DNA from: Bradymonadia bacterium
GTDB taxonomy: Bacteria; Myxococcota_A; Bradymonadia; UBA7976; UBA1532
DNA length: 64,000 bases
Assembly (NCBI GenBank): GCA_046290225.1
Contig: JBKAGE010000048.1
Span: forward strand, 1 to 64,000
Direction of reading: 5' to 3'
Shown: positions 28,381-37,792 of the stretch, piece after piece
How positions within the stretch are numbered: position 1 is the first letter of the stretch
How the letters are laid out: each line of letters starts with the position of its first letter
Notes under the pieces: model-generated
Databases searched by the model: none
What the model saw: only the letters and a program-made list of their open reading frames with translations
What the model was told of the DNA's origin: nothing
Translations under genes and position numbers: made by a program

Positions 28381-29915
28381 GTCATGACGCCCAGGTGGCA
28401 GACGTTTGCCTCGTGGTGGAGGGCACCTACCCCTTCGTGCGTGGTGGGGTATCGAGCTGGGTGCACAACCTCATCAGCGGCATGCCCGAGCTGACCTTCT
28501 CGATTCTGCTCATCAGCGCCGAGCGCACTGAGCAGGCGCCCAAATACACCCTGCCAGAGAACGTGCTCTCGCTGTGCGAGGTCTTCGTGCACGAAGCGGT
28601 GTTGCCTGGGGCGTCGAAGGTTCGACGTTGGGGCCGTGGCCGACAGAGGCGGGCGTTCTGGTCGAGCATCGAGCAGATGCATCGCTGCCCTGTGTCCGAT
28701 CCGGCCTACTTCAAACACTTCGGTGCCGTGCTTGAGGGGATCTTGAGCCAGCAAGTGATCAGCACCAGCGACGCGCTGTTCTCTCGAGAGACGTGGCAGA
28801 CGGTCTGCAAACGCTATGAAGCGCTGTGCCCCGAAGACAGCTTCATCGACTTTTTCTGGACCTGGCGGGCGGTGCACGCCCCCATCTTGCAGCTGCTCCA
28901 CGCCGAGATCCCCCCAGCGCGGTGCTACCACCTCGTGAGCACTGGATACGCGGGCCTGCTCGGGGTGCTGGCCAAGATGCACACCGGCCGCCCCGTGCTG
29001 CTCACCGAGCACGGCATCTATGTCCGGGAGCGGGCCATCGACATCGCCCAGGCAGACTGGATCTACGAGGAGCCGGTGCCCCTGAAGGCCGTGAGCAGAA
29101 GCCCCGGCGCGCTGAAAGATCTCTGGACCCGGTTCTTCGTGCGTCTGGGCGAGATGACGTATGCCGCCGCCGACGAGGTCTTCACTCTCTTCGAAGGCAA
29201 CGCCCAGCTCCAACGTGAGCTGGGTTGCCCCGAGTCGAAGCTCTCGGTGGTGCCCAACGGAGTGCGGGTAGATGTCTTCGACGCGGTGCGCCATCAACCG
29301 CGGCCCAATGACGGCATTCTCCGGGTGGGCTTCGTGGGTCGGGTGGTGCCCATCAAAGACGTGAAGACCTTCGTCAGGGCCTGCGCGGTCGTCGCGCGGA
29401 CTCTGCCGGAAGCTGAATTCTACGTGTGTGGCCCCCTCGACGAAGATCCGGTCTACGCCGCCGAATGCGAAGCCCTCAGCGAGAGCCTGGGGCTCCGAGG
29501 GCGTTTGAAGTTCACCGGCAACGTCGATGTGCGTGAGTGGTTCCCTTGTATGGACGTCTTCGTGCTCACCAGCATCAGCGAGGGGCAGCCGCTCACTGTG
29601 CTTGAGGCTGCCTGTGCAGGGGTGCCCACCGTGGCCAGCGACGTTGGTGCGTGCAGAGAGCTCATCGAGGGCCGCACCCCGGAAGATCGCGCCTTGGGGC
29701 ATTCAGGCATCGTCACCGGCGTCGGTGATCCCGAGGGCACCGCTCGGGCCATCGTGGAGATCCTCACCGACGAGGGCAGACGGCAGGCCATGATCGAGGC
29801 TGGTGTCAATCGGGTGAGGCGCTACTACCGCCAGTCCGGGGTGATCGACACCTATCGGCGCATCTATGGGCAGTGGTGTCACGTGGCCACCCTCGAGCCG
29901 GCGAAGGCAGGGTGA
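28377..29915 (+). CDS. pelF: GT4 glycosyltransferase PelF
   Basis: DVCLVVEGTYPFVRGGVSSW, HLVSTGYAG, LTEHGIYVRER, GRVVPIKDVKTF, TSISEGQPLTVLEA. Confidence 0.95.
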   Translation: MSHDAQVADVCLVVEGTYPFVRGGVSSWVHNLISGMPELTFSILLISAERTEQAPKYTLPENVLSLCEVFVHEAVLPGASKVRRWGRGRQRRAFWSSIEQMHRCPVSDPAYFKHFGAVLEGILSQQVISTSDALFSRETWQTVCKRYEALCPEDSFIDFFWTWRAVHAPILQLLHAEIPPARCYHLVSTGYAGLLGVLAKMHTGRPVLLTEHGIYVRERAIDIAQADWIYEEPVPLKAVSRSPGALKDLWTRFFVRLGEMTYAAADEVFTLFEGNAQLQRELGCPESKLSVVPNGVRVDVFDAVRHQPRPNDGILRVGFVGRVVPIKDVKTFVRACAVVARTLPEAEFYVCGPLDEDPVYAAECEALSESLGLRGRLKFTGNVDVREWFPCMDVFVLTSISEGQPLTVLEAACAGVPTVASDVGACRELIEGRTPEDRALGHSGIVTGVGDPEGTARAIVEILTDEGRRQAMIEAGVNRVRRYYRQSGVIDTYRRIYGQWCHVATLEPAKAG

Positions 29916-29918
29916 GCC

Positions 29919-31394
29919 ATGGCAGGCATCGGCTTCAGTTTGCGGCGTCTCATGGCACCGGGCACCTACAGCGCCTACGCCAAGGCCTATGTCTACGCCG
30001 CCCTCGTGGGGACGGGGCCGTGGTTGCTCAGCGTGGTCTGCCTCGCCCTGCTCGGTGCCTTCGCCGTCGATCCCGACGACTTCGCGACGCGGCAGATCTT
30101 CGCCAGCACTGTGGTCTACGTGTTCGGCGGCACCCTGGTGATCACCGGACCGCTCCAGATGGTGGTGACCCGCTACCTCGCCGATCTGCACTACACCGGT
30201 GACACCACCCGCATCGGTGAGACCTTCCTGCCCGTGTTGTGCATCACCGGAGGGCTGGTGGCGTTGTGTGCCGTGCCTTTCTTCGGCCTCGCTGATGTCT
30301 CTGTGCTCTATCGACTCGGTGCCATCGCCCTGGCGGTCATCATCGGCTGCACATGGCAGGTCATGGTGTTCCTCACCACCGGTGGCCACTATCGCGTGGT
30401 GGTGGCGGTCTTCGCCGTGGGTACGGTGGTGAGCACCGTGGCGAGCATCTTCGGCGGTGAGCGATGGGGCCTCGAGGGCTATCTGCTCGGCTACACCCTC
30501 GGCCAGGCGGTGATTTGCGTGGCTCTGGTACGCCACGTCCTGAGCCGCTTCGGCTACCCCCAGAGGCCCGACTTCGGATTTTTGGGCCACTGTCAGCGAT
30601 ACCCGGCGCTGCTGGCCCTGGGCTTCACCTACAACCTGGCCATCTGGGTGGACAAGTTCATGTTCTGGGGGGCCGATCTGCCCGAGGCCTTCATGAACAA
30701 CACCATCGCCGGGCACCTCGCCACAGCGCCAGCATACGACAGCAGCATGTTCATGGGGTTCCTCACCGTGATCCCCGCCCTCGCCCACTTTCTGCTGGTG
30801 GTGGAGACCGAGCTGGCAGAGCGCTTTCATCAGTATTACGACGCTGTCTGCTTCAAGCACCCGCTCGAAGAGATCGAGGCCGCCCGGCAGGCGCTCACCC
30901 GGCAGGTGGCGCTGGCCTTCGGCGGCATCTTGAAGGTGCAGGCCTTGTTCACAGGGCTCTGCCTGTGCCTCGCGGAGCCGATCCTGAAGATCTTCGAGAT
31001 GCCCTACAGCCAGGTGGCGCTGTTTCGGTACGCCTGCTTCGGGGCGCTGCTGCTCAGCTTCATCATGTTCACCATCGTCACCCTGCTCTACATGGATCGT
31101 CGTCGAGACGCGTTGATGTTAGCGGTGCTGTTCCTGAGCACCAACGTCATCTTCACCGGGGCGACCCTGTACACAGGCTTCGCGTACTACGGCATCGGCT
31201 TCGCAGGCTCAGCATTGATCACGTTGGCGGTGGGCCTCGCGATCCTCTTCAGGCGTCTCGAAGATTTGTCCTTCATCACCTTCGCCGGCACGCCACTCAA
31301 CGGCCAGCGGCGCCTGAAGCGAGGGCACCTCGCCCGACAAGATGGAGGTGTGGGCCGTTATCACCCGATCCATCGCAGGCAGGAGGGCGCATGA
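29919..31394 (+). CDS. pelG: Exopolysaccharide transporter PelG
   Basis: MAGIGFSLRRL, GPWLLSV, TRYLADLHY, IWVDKFMFW, VETELAERFHQYY; multi-TM. Confidence 0.95.
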   Translation: MAGIGFSLRRLMAPGTYSAYAKAYVYAALVGTGPWLLSVVCLALLGAFAVDPDDFATRQIFASTVVYVFGGTLVITGPLQMVVTRYLADLHYTGDTTRIGETFLPVLCITGGLVALCAVPFFGLADVSVLYRLGAIALAVIIGCTWQVMVFLTTGGHYRVVVAVFAVGTVVSTVASIFGGERWGLEGYLLGYTLGQAVICVALVRHVLSRFGYPQRPDFGFLGHCQRYPALLALGFTYNLAIWVDKFMFWGADLPEAFMNNTIAGHLATAPAYDSSMFMGFLTVIPALAHFLLVVETELAERFHQYYDAVCFKHPLEEIEAARQALTRQVALAFGGILKVQALFTGLCLCLAEPILKIFEMPYSQVALFRYACFGALLLSFIMFTIVTLLYMDRRRDALMLAVLFLSTNVIFTGATLYTGFAYYGIGFAGSALITLAVGLAILFRRLEDLSFITFAGTPLNGQRRLKRGHLARQDGGVGRYHPIHRRQEGA

Positions 31395-32452
31395 AGCACA
31401 CCATCATCTGTGCCGTGTTGTTGCTGGTGGCCCCTGCCCACGGCCAGGACGCCCCCTGGTCGGTCTTCGGTCAGGTGGGCGCCCTCACCGGTGGTACGAG
31501 CAATCTGGAGCAGACCCAGGAGGGCAGCGGCGAGGCCCTGATGCAGATCGAGGGCTCGGCCTGGGCCCAAGGCTTCGACCGGCGCCTGCGTATCCAGGGC
31601 AACGGCAGCTTCCGGCAGCCGCTGACCGGGGCGGAGCTGCGACAAGGGCGAGGACACCTGACGGTGGACTATGGCCACCCGCTGGCCGATGGCTTCGAGA
31701 TCGGGGCGTCGAGCAGACTCGCCGCCACCGAGCAGGTCGTGCTGTTCAACGAGGCTGGGGTGCTCCCTCGGGGTCGATCACGCCGCAGCATCGGCGGCCG
31801 AACGCGCCCCCGCGTGGCCTGGACTCAAGGCCCCTGGCGGCTCGAGGTCGACGCGCTGCTCTCACGGAAGGGGGTCTCCGGGGCGGATGACTTCCACTTC
31901 ACTGATCTCGGTGGGGGTGGCGCCGTGCGCTGGTCCCAGTCACCTGATCTGTGGGTCCGGGTGTTCAGCGAAGGCTTCCAACGACAATTCGATCAGTTCC
32001 TCGCTCGCGATCGGTTCGGCGATTTTCGAGAGGAGAGTCCGACACTCTCGCTGGCCATGACAGACTTCGGTGTCGAGCTGGGCAGCGCCCCGGACGATGT
32101 GGTGCAGGTGAATGGCCGGCTGGTGGCTCGACGCACGTGGGACACCTTCGATGGTTTCCACAGCGGCTGGCGTGTGAGCGCCGAAGGGGGCCTGAGCTGG
32201 GTGCCGGAGCGCAGGCTCAACCTCGACCTGGGCGGCTGGGCGAGCCAGCGCACCTATCACCGACGCCAATCCTCACCGGGCGTGCCCACCTCGGAGTTCG
32301 AGTCCGGTGGCTGGCTGTCCATGGGCTGGCGCCTGCCCCGCGGGCTTATGCCCCAGGTGCGCTATGAGGCCAACGCGGCCTTCACGGATGTCGACGCGGC
32401 GCTGTATACGGAGCATGTGCTCTTGATGGGCGTACAGATGCTGATGCAGTGA
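31391..32452 (+). CDS. Putative outer-membrane beta-barrel protein closing the pel-like operon
   Basis: ATG 31391 with AGGAGG RBS, overlapping the pelG stop; signal peptide; alternating Gly/aromatic beta-strand pattern. Confidence 0.6.
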   Translation: MKHTIICAVLLLVAPAHGQDAPWSVFGQVGALTGGTSNLEQTQEGSGEALMQIEGSAWAQGFDRRLRIQGNGSFRQPLTGAELRQGRGHLTVDYGHPLADGFEIGASSRLAATEQVVLFNEAGVLPRGRSRRSIGGRTRPRVAWTQGPWRLEVDALLSRKGVSGADDFHFTDLGGGGAVRWSQSPDLWVRVFSEGFQRQFDQFLARDRFGDFREESPTLSLAMTDFGVELGSAPDDVVQVNGRLVARRTWDTFDGFHSGWRVSAEGGLSWVPERRLNLDLGGWASQRTYHRRQSSPGVPTSEFESGGWLSMGWRLPRGLMPQVRYEANAAFTDVDAALYTEHVLLMGVQMLMQ

Positions 32453-32589
32453 GCCTGCAAATGTGCAGCTCGCCCCTGCAACGTTGAGCGTTGAAGTTCC
32501 CCGCACATCCGTCAAACTGGCATTACATCGAAAGTTTCAACAGTGATCTCAACGCGGTGTCTATCAGAGACACCAGGGAGACGTGCGCC

Positions 32590-33102
32590 ATGCCTGCCCT
32601 GACCGTGAGCCGGGAGATGCCATTCGCAGCCGAGAAGGCCTGGTCCCTCATCGACGATTTCTCCAACACCTGGATCTATCACCCTGTGGTGAAACACTCC
32701 CAATGCACGAATGGCACTCCGCAAGGCCTCGGCGCACGGCGACAATGCACCATGTACTCCGGAGGCACCGTCGAAGAGCAAGTGGTGCGTCACGACGCCG
32801 AGGCCATGACCACTCACATCGAGGTGGTGGTCTTCGGGCCGTTCCCGCTGACCCACATGGGCGTCACCATCGAGGTCGATGCGCTGGCCCCTGATCACTG
32901 CGCGGTGCGCTACATCGCCGACTTCACCCCCAAGTTCGGCCCGCTGGGGTGGGTGATGGGCCACGTGGCCATGAAGCCCAACTTCAAGAAGATGCTCACT
33001 CAGCTGCTCGCAGGCATCGAGGCTCATCTCGAGAGCGGCCGCGTGGTGGAAGAGGGTGGTACCCTGGGTGAGACCTTCGAGCAGAGTATGCTCGCTGCCT
33101 GA
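32590..33102 (+). CDS. SRPBCC (polyketide cyclase/START-like) family protein
   Basis: AEKAWSLIDDF...GLGARRQC...VEEQVV...FTPKFGPLG...LAGIEAHLE. Confidence 0.85.
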   Translation: MPALTVSREMPFAAEKAWSLIDDFSNTWIYHPVVKHSQCTNGTPQGLGARRQCTMYSGGTVEEQVVRHDAEAMTTHIEVVVFGPFPLTHMGVTIEVDALAPDHCAVRYIADFTPKFGPLGWVMGHVAMKPNFKKMLTQLLAGIEAHLESGRVVEEGGTLGETFEQSMLAA

Positions 33103-33120
33103 ACGGAGTACGAGAGGTCG

Positions 33121-33999
33121 ATGGCCAACTTCACGCTCGACAACTGGGACGACTTACGGCTGTTCCTCATCGCCGTGCGGGCAGGCTCGATCAGCGCCGC
33201 CGCTCGCTGGCTGAGCCTCGATCCCACCACGGTGAGTCGACGCCTGTCAGCCTTCGAGACGCATTCGGGGGTGAAGCTGTTCGAACGCCTGCGCGGGGGC
33301 ATCGTGCTCACACCCGTCGGGGAGACGATCCACCGTCGGGCTGAGGCGGTGGAGATGCAAATCAACGCCATGGAGCGTGAAGCGGCGCGGAGCGAGATGG
33401 AGCTTGAGGGTGTGGTGCGCGTCACCCTGCCCGAGGTCTTCGCCTATACGATCTCCAAGGGTCTGCAGGACCTCTCCCGCCGGCTGCCGAGGGTCTCTCT
33501 CGAGATCCTCGGCAGCGAAACACTGCACAGTTTGTCAAAGCGCGAAGCGGACATCGCCTTGAGGGTGACGGATCAACCTCCAGAGCATCTCTACGGCCGC
33601 CGCCTCGGGCCTCTGGCCATCGCTGCATATGGCAGCGCCTCACTCGCTGGCCAGGGGGTGAAGTCTGCCCCCTGGGTGGGTTGGGCAGGATACGGCGACG
33701 ATGAAGGGACGACGGGGCGCATGCGGTCCCGGCTCGGTGCCACTGGGCCCTACATACTCTATGTGAGCACCTACGGCTTGCTGATGCGCTTCATCAGAGA
33801 CGGCGCTGGCCTCGCGGCTCTACCGTGCATTCTGTGTGATGGAGATCCGGATCTGATGCGCTTCTCCACGCCAGAGCTTCTGGAAGGGCAGCTCTGGCTG
33901 CTCACGCACCCTGATCTCAAAGACGTACCTCGGGTGAAGGCGGTGATGCAGGCCATGGCTGGCTTGATCGATGGGCTACGGGCTGGGCTGATGGGATAG
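33121..33999 (+). CDS. LysR-family transcriptional regulator
   Basis: NWDDLRLFL...GSISAAARWL...TTVSRRLSAFE...LFER HTH; LSKREADIALR; LWLLTHPDL. Confidence 0.93.
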   Translation: MANFTLDNWDDLRLFLIAVRAGSISAAARWLSLDPTTVSRRLSAFETHSGVKLFERLRGGIVLTPVGETIHRRAEAVEMQINAMEREAARSEMELEGVVRVTLPEVFAYTISKGLQDLSRRLPRVSLEILGSETLHSLSKREADIALRVTDQPPEHLYGRRLGPLAIAAYGSASLAGQGVKSAPWVGWAGYGDDEGTTGRMRSRLGATGPYILYVSTYGLLMRFIRDGAGLAALPCILCDGDPDLMRFSTPELLEGQLWLLTHPDLKDVPRVKAVMQAMAGLIDGLRAGLMG

Positions 34000-34016
34000 A
34001 AGAACGCGTAGAAGGT

Positions 34017-34551
34017 GAATAGGGCAGGCGCATGTGTTTTGGCTGAGCCTTTGTAGGCAGTCGTCGCTGCGCTCCGCCTGCGTAGGCAGCTCTGTCGGCC
34101 GGCCTTTGGCCCGCCTTGGAGCTGCGTACACGTCGGCACACTCGCTGGCGCGAGCAGGCCTCCGGGTAGGCAGGATCGCTCAATGCTGACGCATTGATTG
34201 CTCGCTCCCCTGCGTAAAAAGTCAGTTCTGGTGTGGTTCTGTGCTGCTTTCAACGCTGTTGGGGCTTGCGCCCAACGTTGAGACTCAGAGGCCTGCACGT
34301 TCGCGGCAGGTCGAATCCCGGTGGGGTTCAGCAACAAGATACAGAAGAAACTCTCTACGCAGGGGAGCGAGCAAGAAGGGCGAAGCCCTGAGCGACCCTG
34401 CCTACCCGGAGGGGTTCCGCGTAAGCGGATGCCCGAACGTGTACGCGCCAGACGAGGCGCATCGAAGATGTGCCGAAGGCCGGGCGCCTACGCAGGCAGA
34501 GCGAAGCGATGACTGCCTACAAAGGCTCAGCCCCTACACCCGTCTCTGTTC
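34017..34551. repeat. Long imperfect inverted repeat of two diverged multi-hairpin modules (REP/BIME-like or MITE-like)
   Basis: Arm 34041-34216 is the reverse complement of 34356-34532 in blocks (GGCTGAGCCTTTGTAGGCAGTC / GACTGCCTACAAAGGCTCAGCC; TTGCTCGCTCCCCTGCGTA / TACGCAGGGGAGCGAGCAA), interrupted by different local hairpins; lies between convergent genes. Confidence 0.8.
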
Positions 34552-34570
34552 AGCTCTTTGAGACCGCCGA

Positions 34571-35440
34571 CTACAAAAGCAAGTCCGCCAGCGTCTTCCC
34601 GGTCATCTTTCGCTTGCCCACCTTGATGCGGTGCAGCGCATAGGCCCCCTCGCCACAGCGCAGATGGGCACGGCCGTTCCAGATGAACAGCGAGCCCGGC
34701 TCGAGCGGTTTGAAGGGCCCGCTGTCCACTGGTTTGCCCGAGTAGACCACCACCAGCTCGTCCTCCAGGCCCGTAAAGGCCCCAGGCACCGGCGCCGACG
34801 CCCGAACCAGTTGATCCACCGAGTGGGCGCTCTCGTTCCAGTTGATCTCCACGTCGTCTTCAGGGACCAGAGGCGCCCAGGTGATCTCACCCTTCTGAGC
34901 TTTGCCCTTCAGCGTCTCCCCCGCGAGCAAGCGGCTGGCGATCTCGGCGATGTGCTCGGCGCCCGCTGCCTCGAGGCGCTCCGACAGTTGCCCCGCCGTC
35001 TCTCGTGGCTTCACCTCATAGGGCCAGCGGGCGAGGATGTCGCCTTCGTCGAGCCCTTCAGTGAGCCAGTGCACGCACACCGCCGTGGAGGTGTCGCCGC
35101 TGCGGATCGTCCAGAACGTCGGATCAGGCCCGCGCCAGCGGGGCAGATCGCTGGGGTGCACGTTGATGCCTGGAGCCAGGTCGAGCACCGCTTTGGGGAT
35201 CCGCCTCGGGTAGAACGAGGCCACGATGAGGCTCGGCTTCAGGGCCTTCAGGGTGGCGACAAAAGCCTCATCTTCGAGGTCTGGCAGAAGCCAGCGAGGC
35301 ATATCCAGCGGTTTGAGGCGGGCCATCAGCGCAGGCCAGCCCACGCCCCCTTTGCGGCCGTGGATCACCCCCACGAGGGGCAAGTTGCGATCGAGCAGGT
35401 GCAGGGCCCCTGCCGGGTCTCCAAAATACAGGATGCTCAT
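34571..35440 (-). CDS. Methionyl-tRNA formyltransferase-like N10-formyl-THF formyltransferase
   Basis: INVHPSDLPRWRGPDP and VHWLTEGLDEGDIL catalytic motifs; C-terminal INWNESA...VRA...PGAF domain. Confidence 0.85.
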   Translation of the reverse strand: MSILYFGDPAGALHLLDRNLPLVGVIHGRKGGVGWPALMARLKPLDMPRWLLPDLEDEAFVATLKALKPSLIVASFYPRRIPKAVLDLAPGINVHPSDLPRWRGPDPTFWTIRSGDTSTAVCVHWLTEGLDEGDILARWPYEVKPRETAGQLSERLEAAGAEHIAEIASRLLAGETLKGKAQKGEITWAPLVPEDDVEINWNESAHSVDQLVRASAPVPGAFTGLEDELVVVYSGKPVDSGPFKPLEPGSLFIWNGRAHLRCGEGAYALHRIKVGKRKMTGKTLADLLL

Positions 35441-35464
35441 CTCAGGACACTCTTCGCACGGCGT

Positions 35465-36598
35465 TCATCGGCGTGCGCTCTCGTACAATTTGATGGATCG
35501 GGCGGCGATGGCCGGCCATGTGAAGCGTTCGAGAACCAAATCACGACCACGGGCGCCCATGGCCTCGCGATCTGTGTGCTCGAGCACCTCGAGCAGGGCC
35601 TCGGCGATGGCTGGCGGATCGAGGGCCACCACCCGGCCGGCATCCGCCTCGGCGACCTCTGGGAAGTTGCAGGTCTCGGTCACCACCGCAGGCTTGCCAC
35701 AGGCGAGGGCTTCGGTGATGGCCATGCTGAAGCCCTCTTCGCGGCTGGTCAGGCAGAAGAGGGCGCTGTCGACGAGGGCCTGCAGCTTGTCGGTGCCAAA
35801 GGTGGGGCCGATGAAGTGCACGCGATCGGTGATCCCCAACTCGGCGACGAGGGCTTCGAGGTCGCTCTTGTATCCCTTGTCGGGGCCGGCGACGACGAGG
35901 CGTACGGTCTCGTGTCGCTCGGTCACCTGAGCGAAGGCGCGGGCGAGCAGATCGAGGCCCTTCTGGGCGTGGAGACGACCCAGGTAGAGCACAAAGGGAT
36001 CTTGCCCCACCTCGCGATGAAAGAACCGGAAGCGCCCTGGCGCCGGCAGGCGCTCGAAGGTCTCAGGCATCACCCCGTTGGGCAGCACGTGTATCCGCTC
36101 AGGCTTCACCAGGCCCCACTCGGCCACCGCCGCCGCCTCTCGGGTGTTGAGCGTGTGCACAGCGCCGGCCCGCCGGATCACGTCACGGTAGCCCAGGGCT
36201 TTCATGGCCACCTGCTTCTTCAGGGCTTTTCGGCCGAAGTTCGCCGGGCTGAGCATACCGTGGGGGGCGAAGACATAGGGCACACGTTGTAGACGGCAGA
36301 GGCGGGCCGCGGCGTTTACCAATGGCGGCCAGAGCCCGTGCAGGTGCACCCCGTCGGCTCGACGCAGCACCCTGGTCAGGGCGGGCAGGCCCTGTGGCAG
36401 GGGGCAGCTGATGCGTCGATAGGGCCCCAGGATATGGTCGCGCAAGAAGCCGTCCACAGGATCACTCTGCGCCGGATCTGTGCTCACGAGGGTGATCTCG
36501 TGGCCGAGCCGTCGCTGACCCTCGGCGAGGCCGGCGATGACGAAGGGGGGCCCCCCGTTTCGCGGGTCGAGGGTGTCGTAGAGGTGTACGATGTGCAT
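35465..36598 (-). CDS. GT4 glycosyltransferase
   Basis: MHIVHLYDTLDPRNGG, HLHGLW, PHGML, YLGRLHAQKGLD, SREEGFSMAITEALACG. Confidence 0.9.
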   Translation of the reverse strand: MHIVHLYDTLDPRNGGPPFVIAGLAEGQRRLGHEITLVSTDPAQSDPVDGFLRDHILGPYRRISCPLPQGLPALTRVLRRADGVHLHGLWPPLVNAAARLCRLQRVPYVFAPHGMLSPANFGRKALKKQVAMKALGYRDVIRRAGAVHTLNTREAAAVAEWGLVKPERIHVLPNGVMPETFERLPAPGRFRFFHREVGQDPFVLYLGRLHAQKGLDLLARAFAQVTERHETVRLVVAGPDKGYKSDLEALVAELGITDRVHFIGPTFGTDKLQALVDSALFCLTSREEGFSMAITEALACGKPAVVTETCNFPEVAEADAGRVVALDPPAIAEALLEVLEHTDREAMGARGRDLVLERFTWPAIAARSIKLYESARR

Positions 36599-36655
36599 CG
36601 TTGGGAGGGTGACCCCCTCGCCGCCTGCTTGCAAGAAAGAGCCTCGGCATCGCCC

Positions 36656-37666
36656 ATGGGTCCTCAGCTGCCGCCCCACGTCATCGACCTGCACATCGAC
36701 ACCTTCATCCCCGTGAGGCTGTGGCGATACGACGTGTTGCGCCATCATGGCAGGGGCCCGCTGAGAGGACGCTTCTTCGGTCACCTCGATCTGCCGCGGA
36801 TGAGAGAAGCGGGCCTCACCGGAGCCATGTGGTCCATCACCACCAACCCGTTCCGCACCGCCCGCAGCCGGTGGCGGGTGTTTCAGCACAACATGGAGCG
36901 GATCGACGCCCTCGTCGCTGAGAGCGGTGGTCAGCTGGCTTGGGCCACCGACGCCGCGGGCTATCACCAGGCCCGAGCGCGAGGCGCCCACGCCATGTTG
37001 CTCTCCATCCAGGGCGGCAATGCCCTCGAGGCGCCTCTGAGAGCCGGCACGGTGCCCACAGAGCTGCTCCAGCGGCTCACCCGCGTCACAGTGGTGCATC
37101 TGACCAATGCCAGCCTCGGCGCCACCTCGAGCCCTGCCCATTACATGCGGCGGGACAAGGGCCTCACCGATCTCGGCCGTGATCTGATCGCGCTGCTCAA
37201 TGCCCATCGGGTCTTCGTCGATTTGGCCCACGCGCACCCTCGCACTTTCTGGGATGCCGTGGAGGCCCACGACGGCAGCCAGCCGCTCGTCGCCACCCAC
37301 ACTGGCATCTGTGGTGTTCGACCCCACTGGCGCAACCTCGATGACGCGCAAATCAGAGCCATCGCCGATACAGGCGGGGTGGTGGGGGTGATCTTCGCTG
37401 CAGCGTTCTTGCGACGAAGGGGTGGACCCAGAGGCCCAGAAATGGTGGTGGAGCACCTTGAGCACATCCGGAACGTCGGCGGTGAAGCATGCCCGGCCAT
37501 TGGCAGCGACTACGACGGCGCCATCATCCCCCCGCGGGGGCTGCGGAGCGGGGCAGAGCTGCCCGCGGTGGTGCAGGTGATGACGCAGAGAGGGTGGACC
37601 ACGGGGCAGATTGAGGGGGCGTTGGGGGGCAACTTCTTAAAGGCCTTCGAGGCGCTGAGGCACTGA
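36656..37666 (+). CDS. Membrane dipeptidase (M19) family amidohydrolase
   Basis: IDLHIDT, GHLDLPRM, FVDLAHA, ATHTG, RNLDDAQI, IGSDYDG, GGNFLK. Confidence 0.88.
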   Translation: MGPQLPPHVIDLHIDTFIPVRLWRYDVLRHHGRGPLRGRFFGHLDLPRMREAGLTGAMWSITTNPFRTARSRWRVFQHNMERIDALVAESGGQLAWATDAAGYHQARARGAHAMLLSIQGGNALEAPLRAGTVPTELLQRLTRVTVVHLTNASLGATSSPAHYMRRDKGLTDLGRDLIALLNAHRVFVDLAHAHPRTFWDAVEAHDGSQPLVATHTGICGVRPHWRNLDDAQIRAIADTGGVVGVIFAAAFLRRRGGPRGPEMVVEHLEHIRNVGGEACPAIGSDYDGAIIPPRGLRSGAELPAVVQVMTQRGWTTGQIEGALGGNFLKAFEALRH

Positions 37667-37792
37667 CTCTAGCGACCCATTGTCATGCTCCACGTCGTCG
37701 TCCTGAACAGTGCACTTGATTTTGACAGCCTGTAAGAAGTGCGAAGTGTTGCCTCTGGTTGCCGGTGAACAGATTGGGCCAGGAGCTACATC

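Noticed and set aside
30464..31390. N-terminal extensions in the ORF track (e.g. 30464-32452, 47075-48691, 35465-37465, 11355-12584)
   Set aside because: They overlap neighbouring real genes; downstream starts with RBS or stop-start overlaps fit better.
32455..32468. CTGCA-N4-TGCAG palindrome as a LysR box
   Set aside because: Spacing is T-N10-A rather than T-N11-A and the site is short; could be chance.
34307..34320. tRNA T-arm-like CAGGTCGAATCCCG
   Set aside because: Lacks the canonical TTCGA loop, and I could not build a cloverleaf or acceptor stem around it.
33771..34561. Short ORFs across the structured intergenic element
   Set aside because: No RBS, motifs or coding-like composition; the inverted-repeat structure explains the region better.
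34631..36292. 553-aa plus-strand ORF (likewise 16461-17804, 28200-29702, 45346-46695, 57035-58321, 60771-61853)
   Set aside because: Antisense shadows of well-supported genes, expected in GC-rich DNA; no recognisable motifs.
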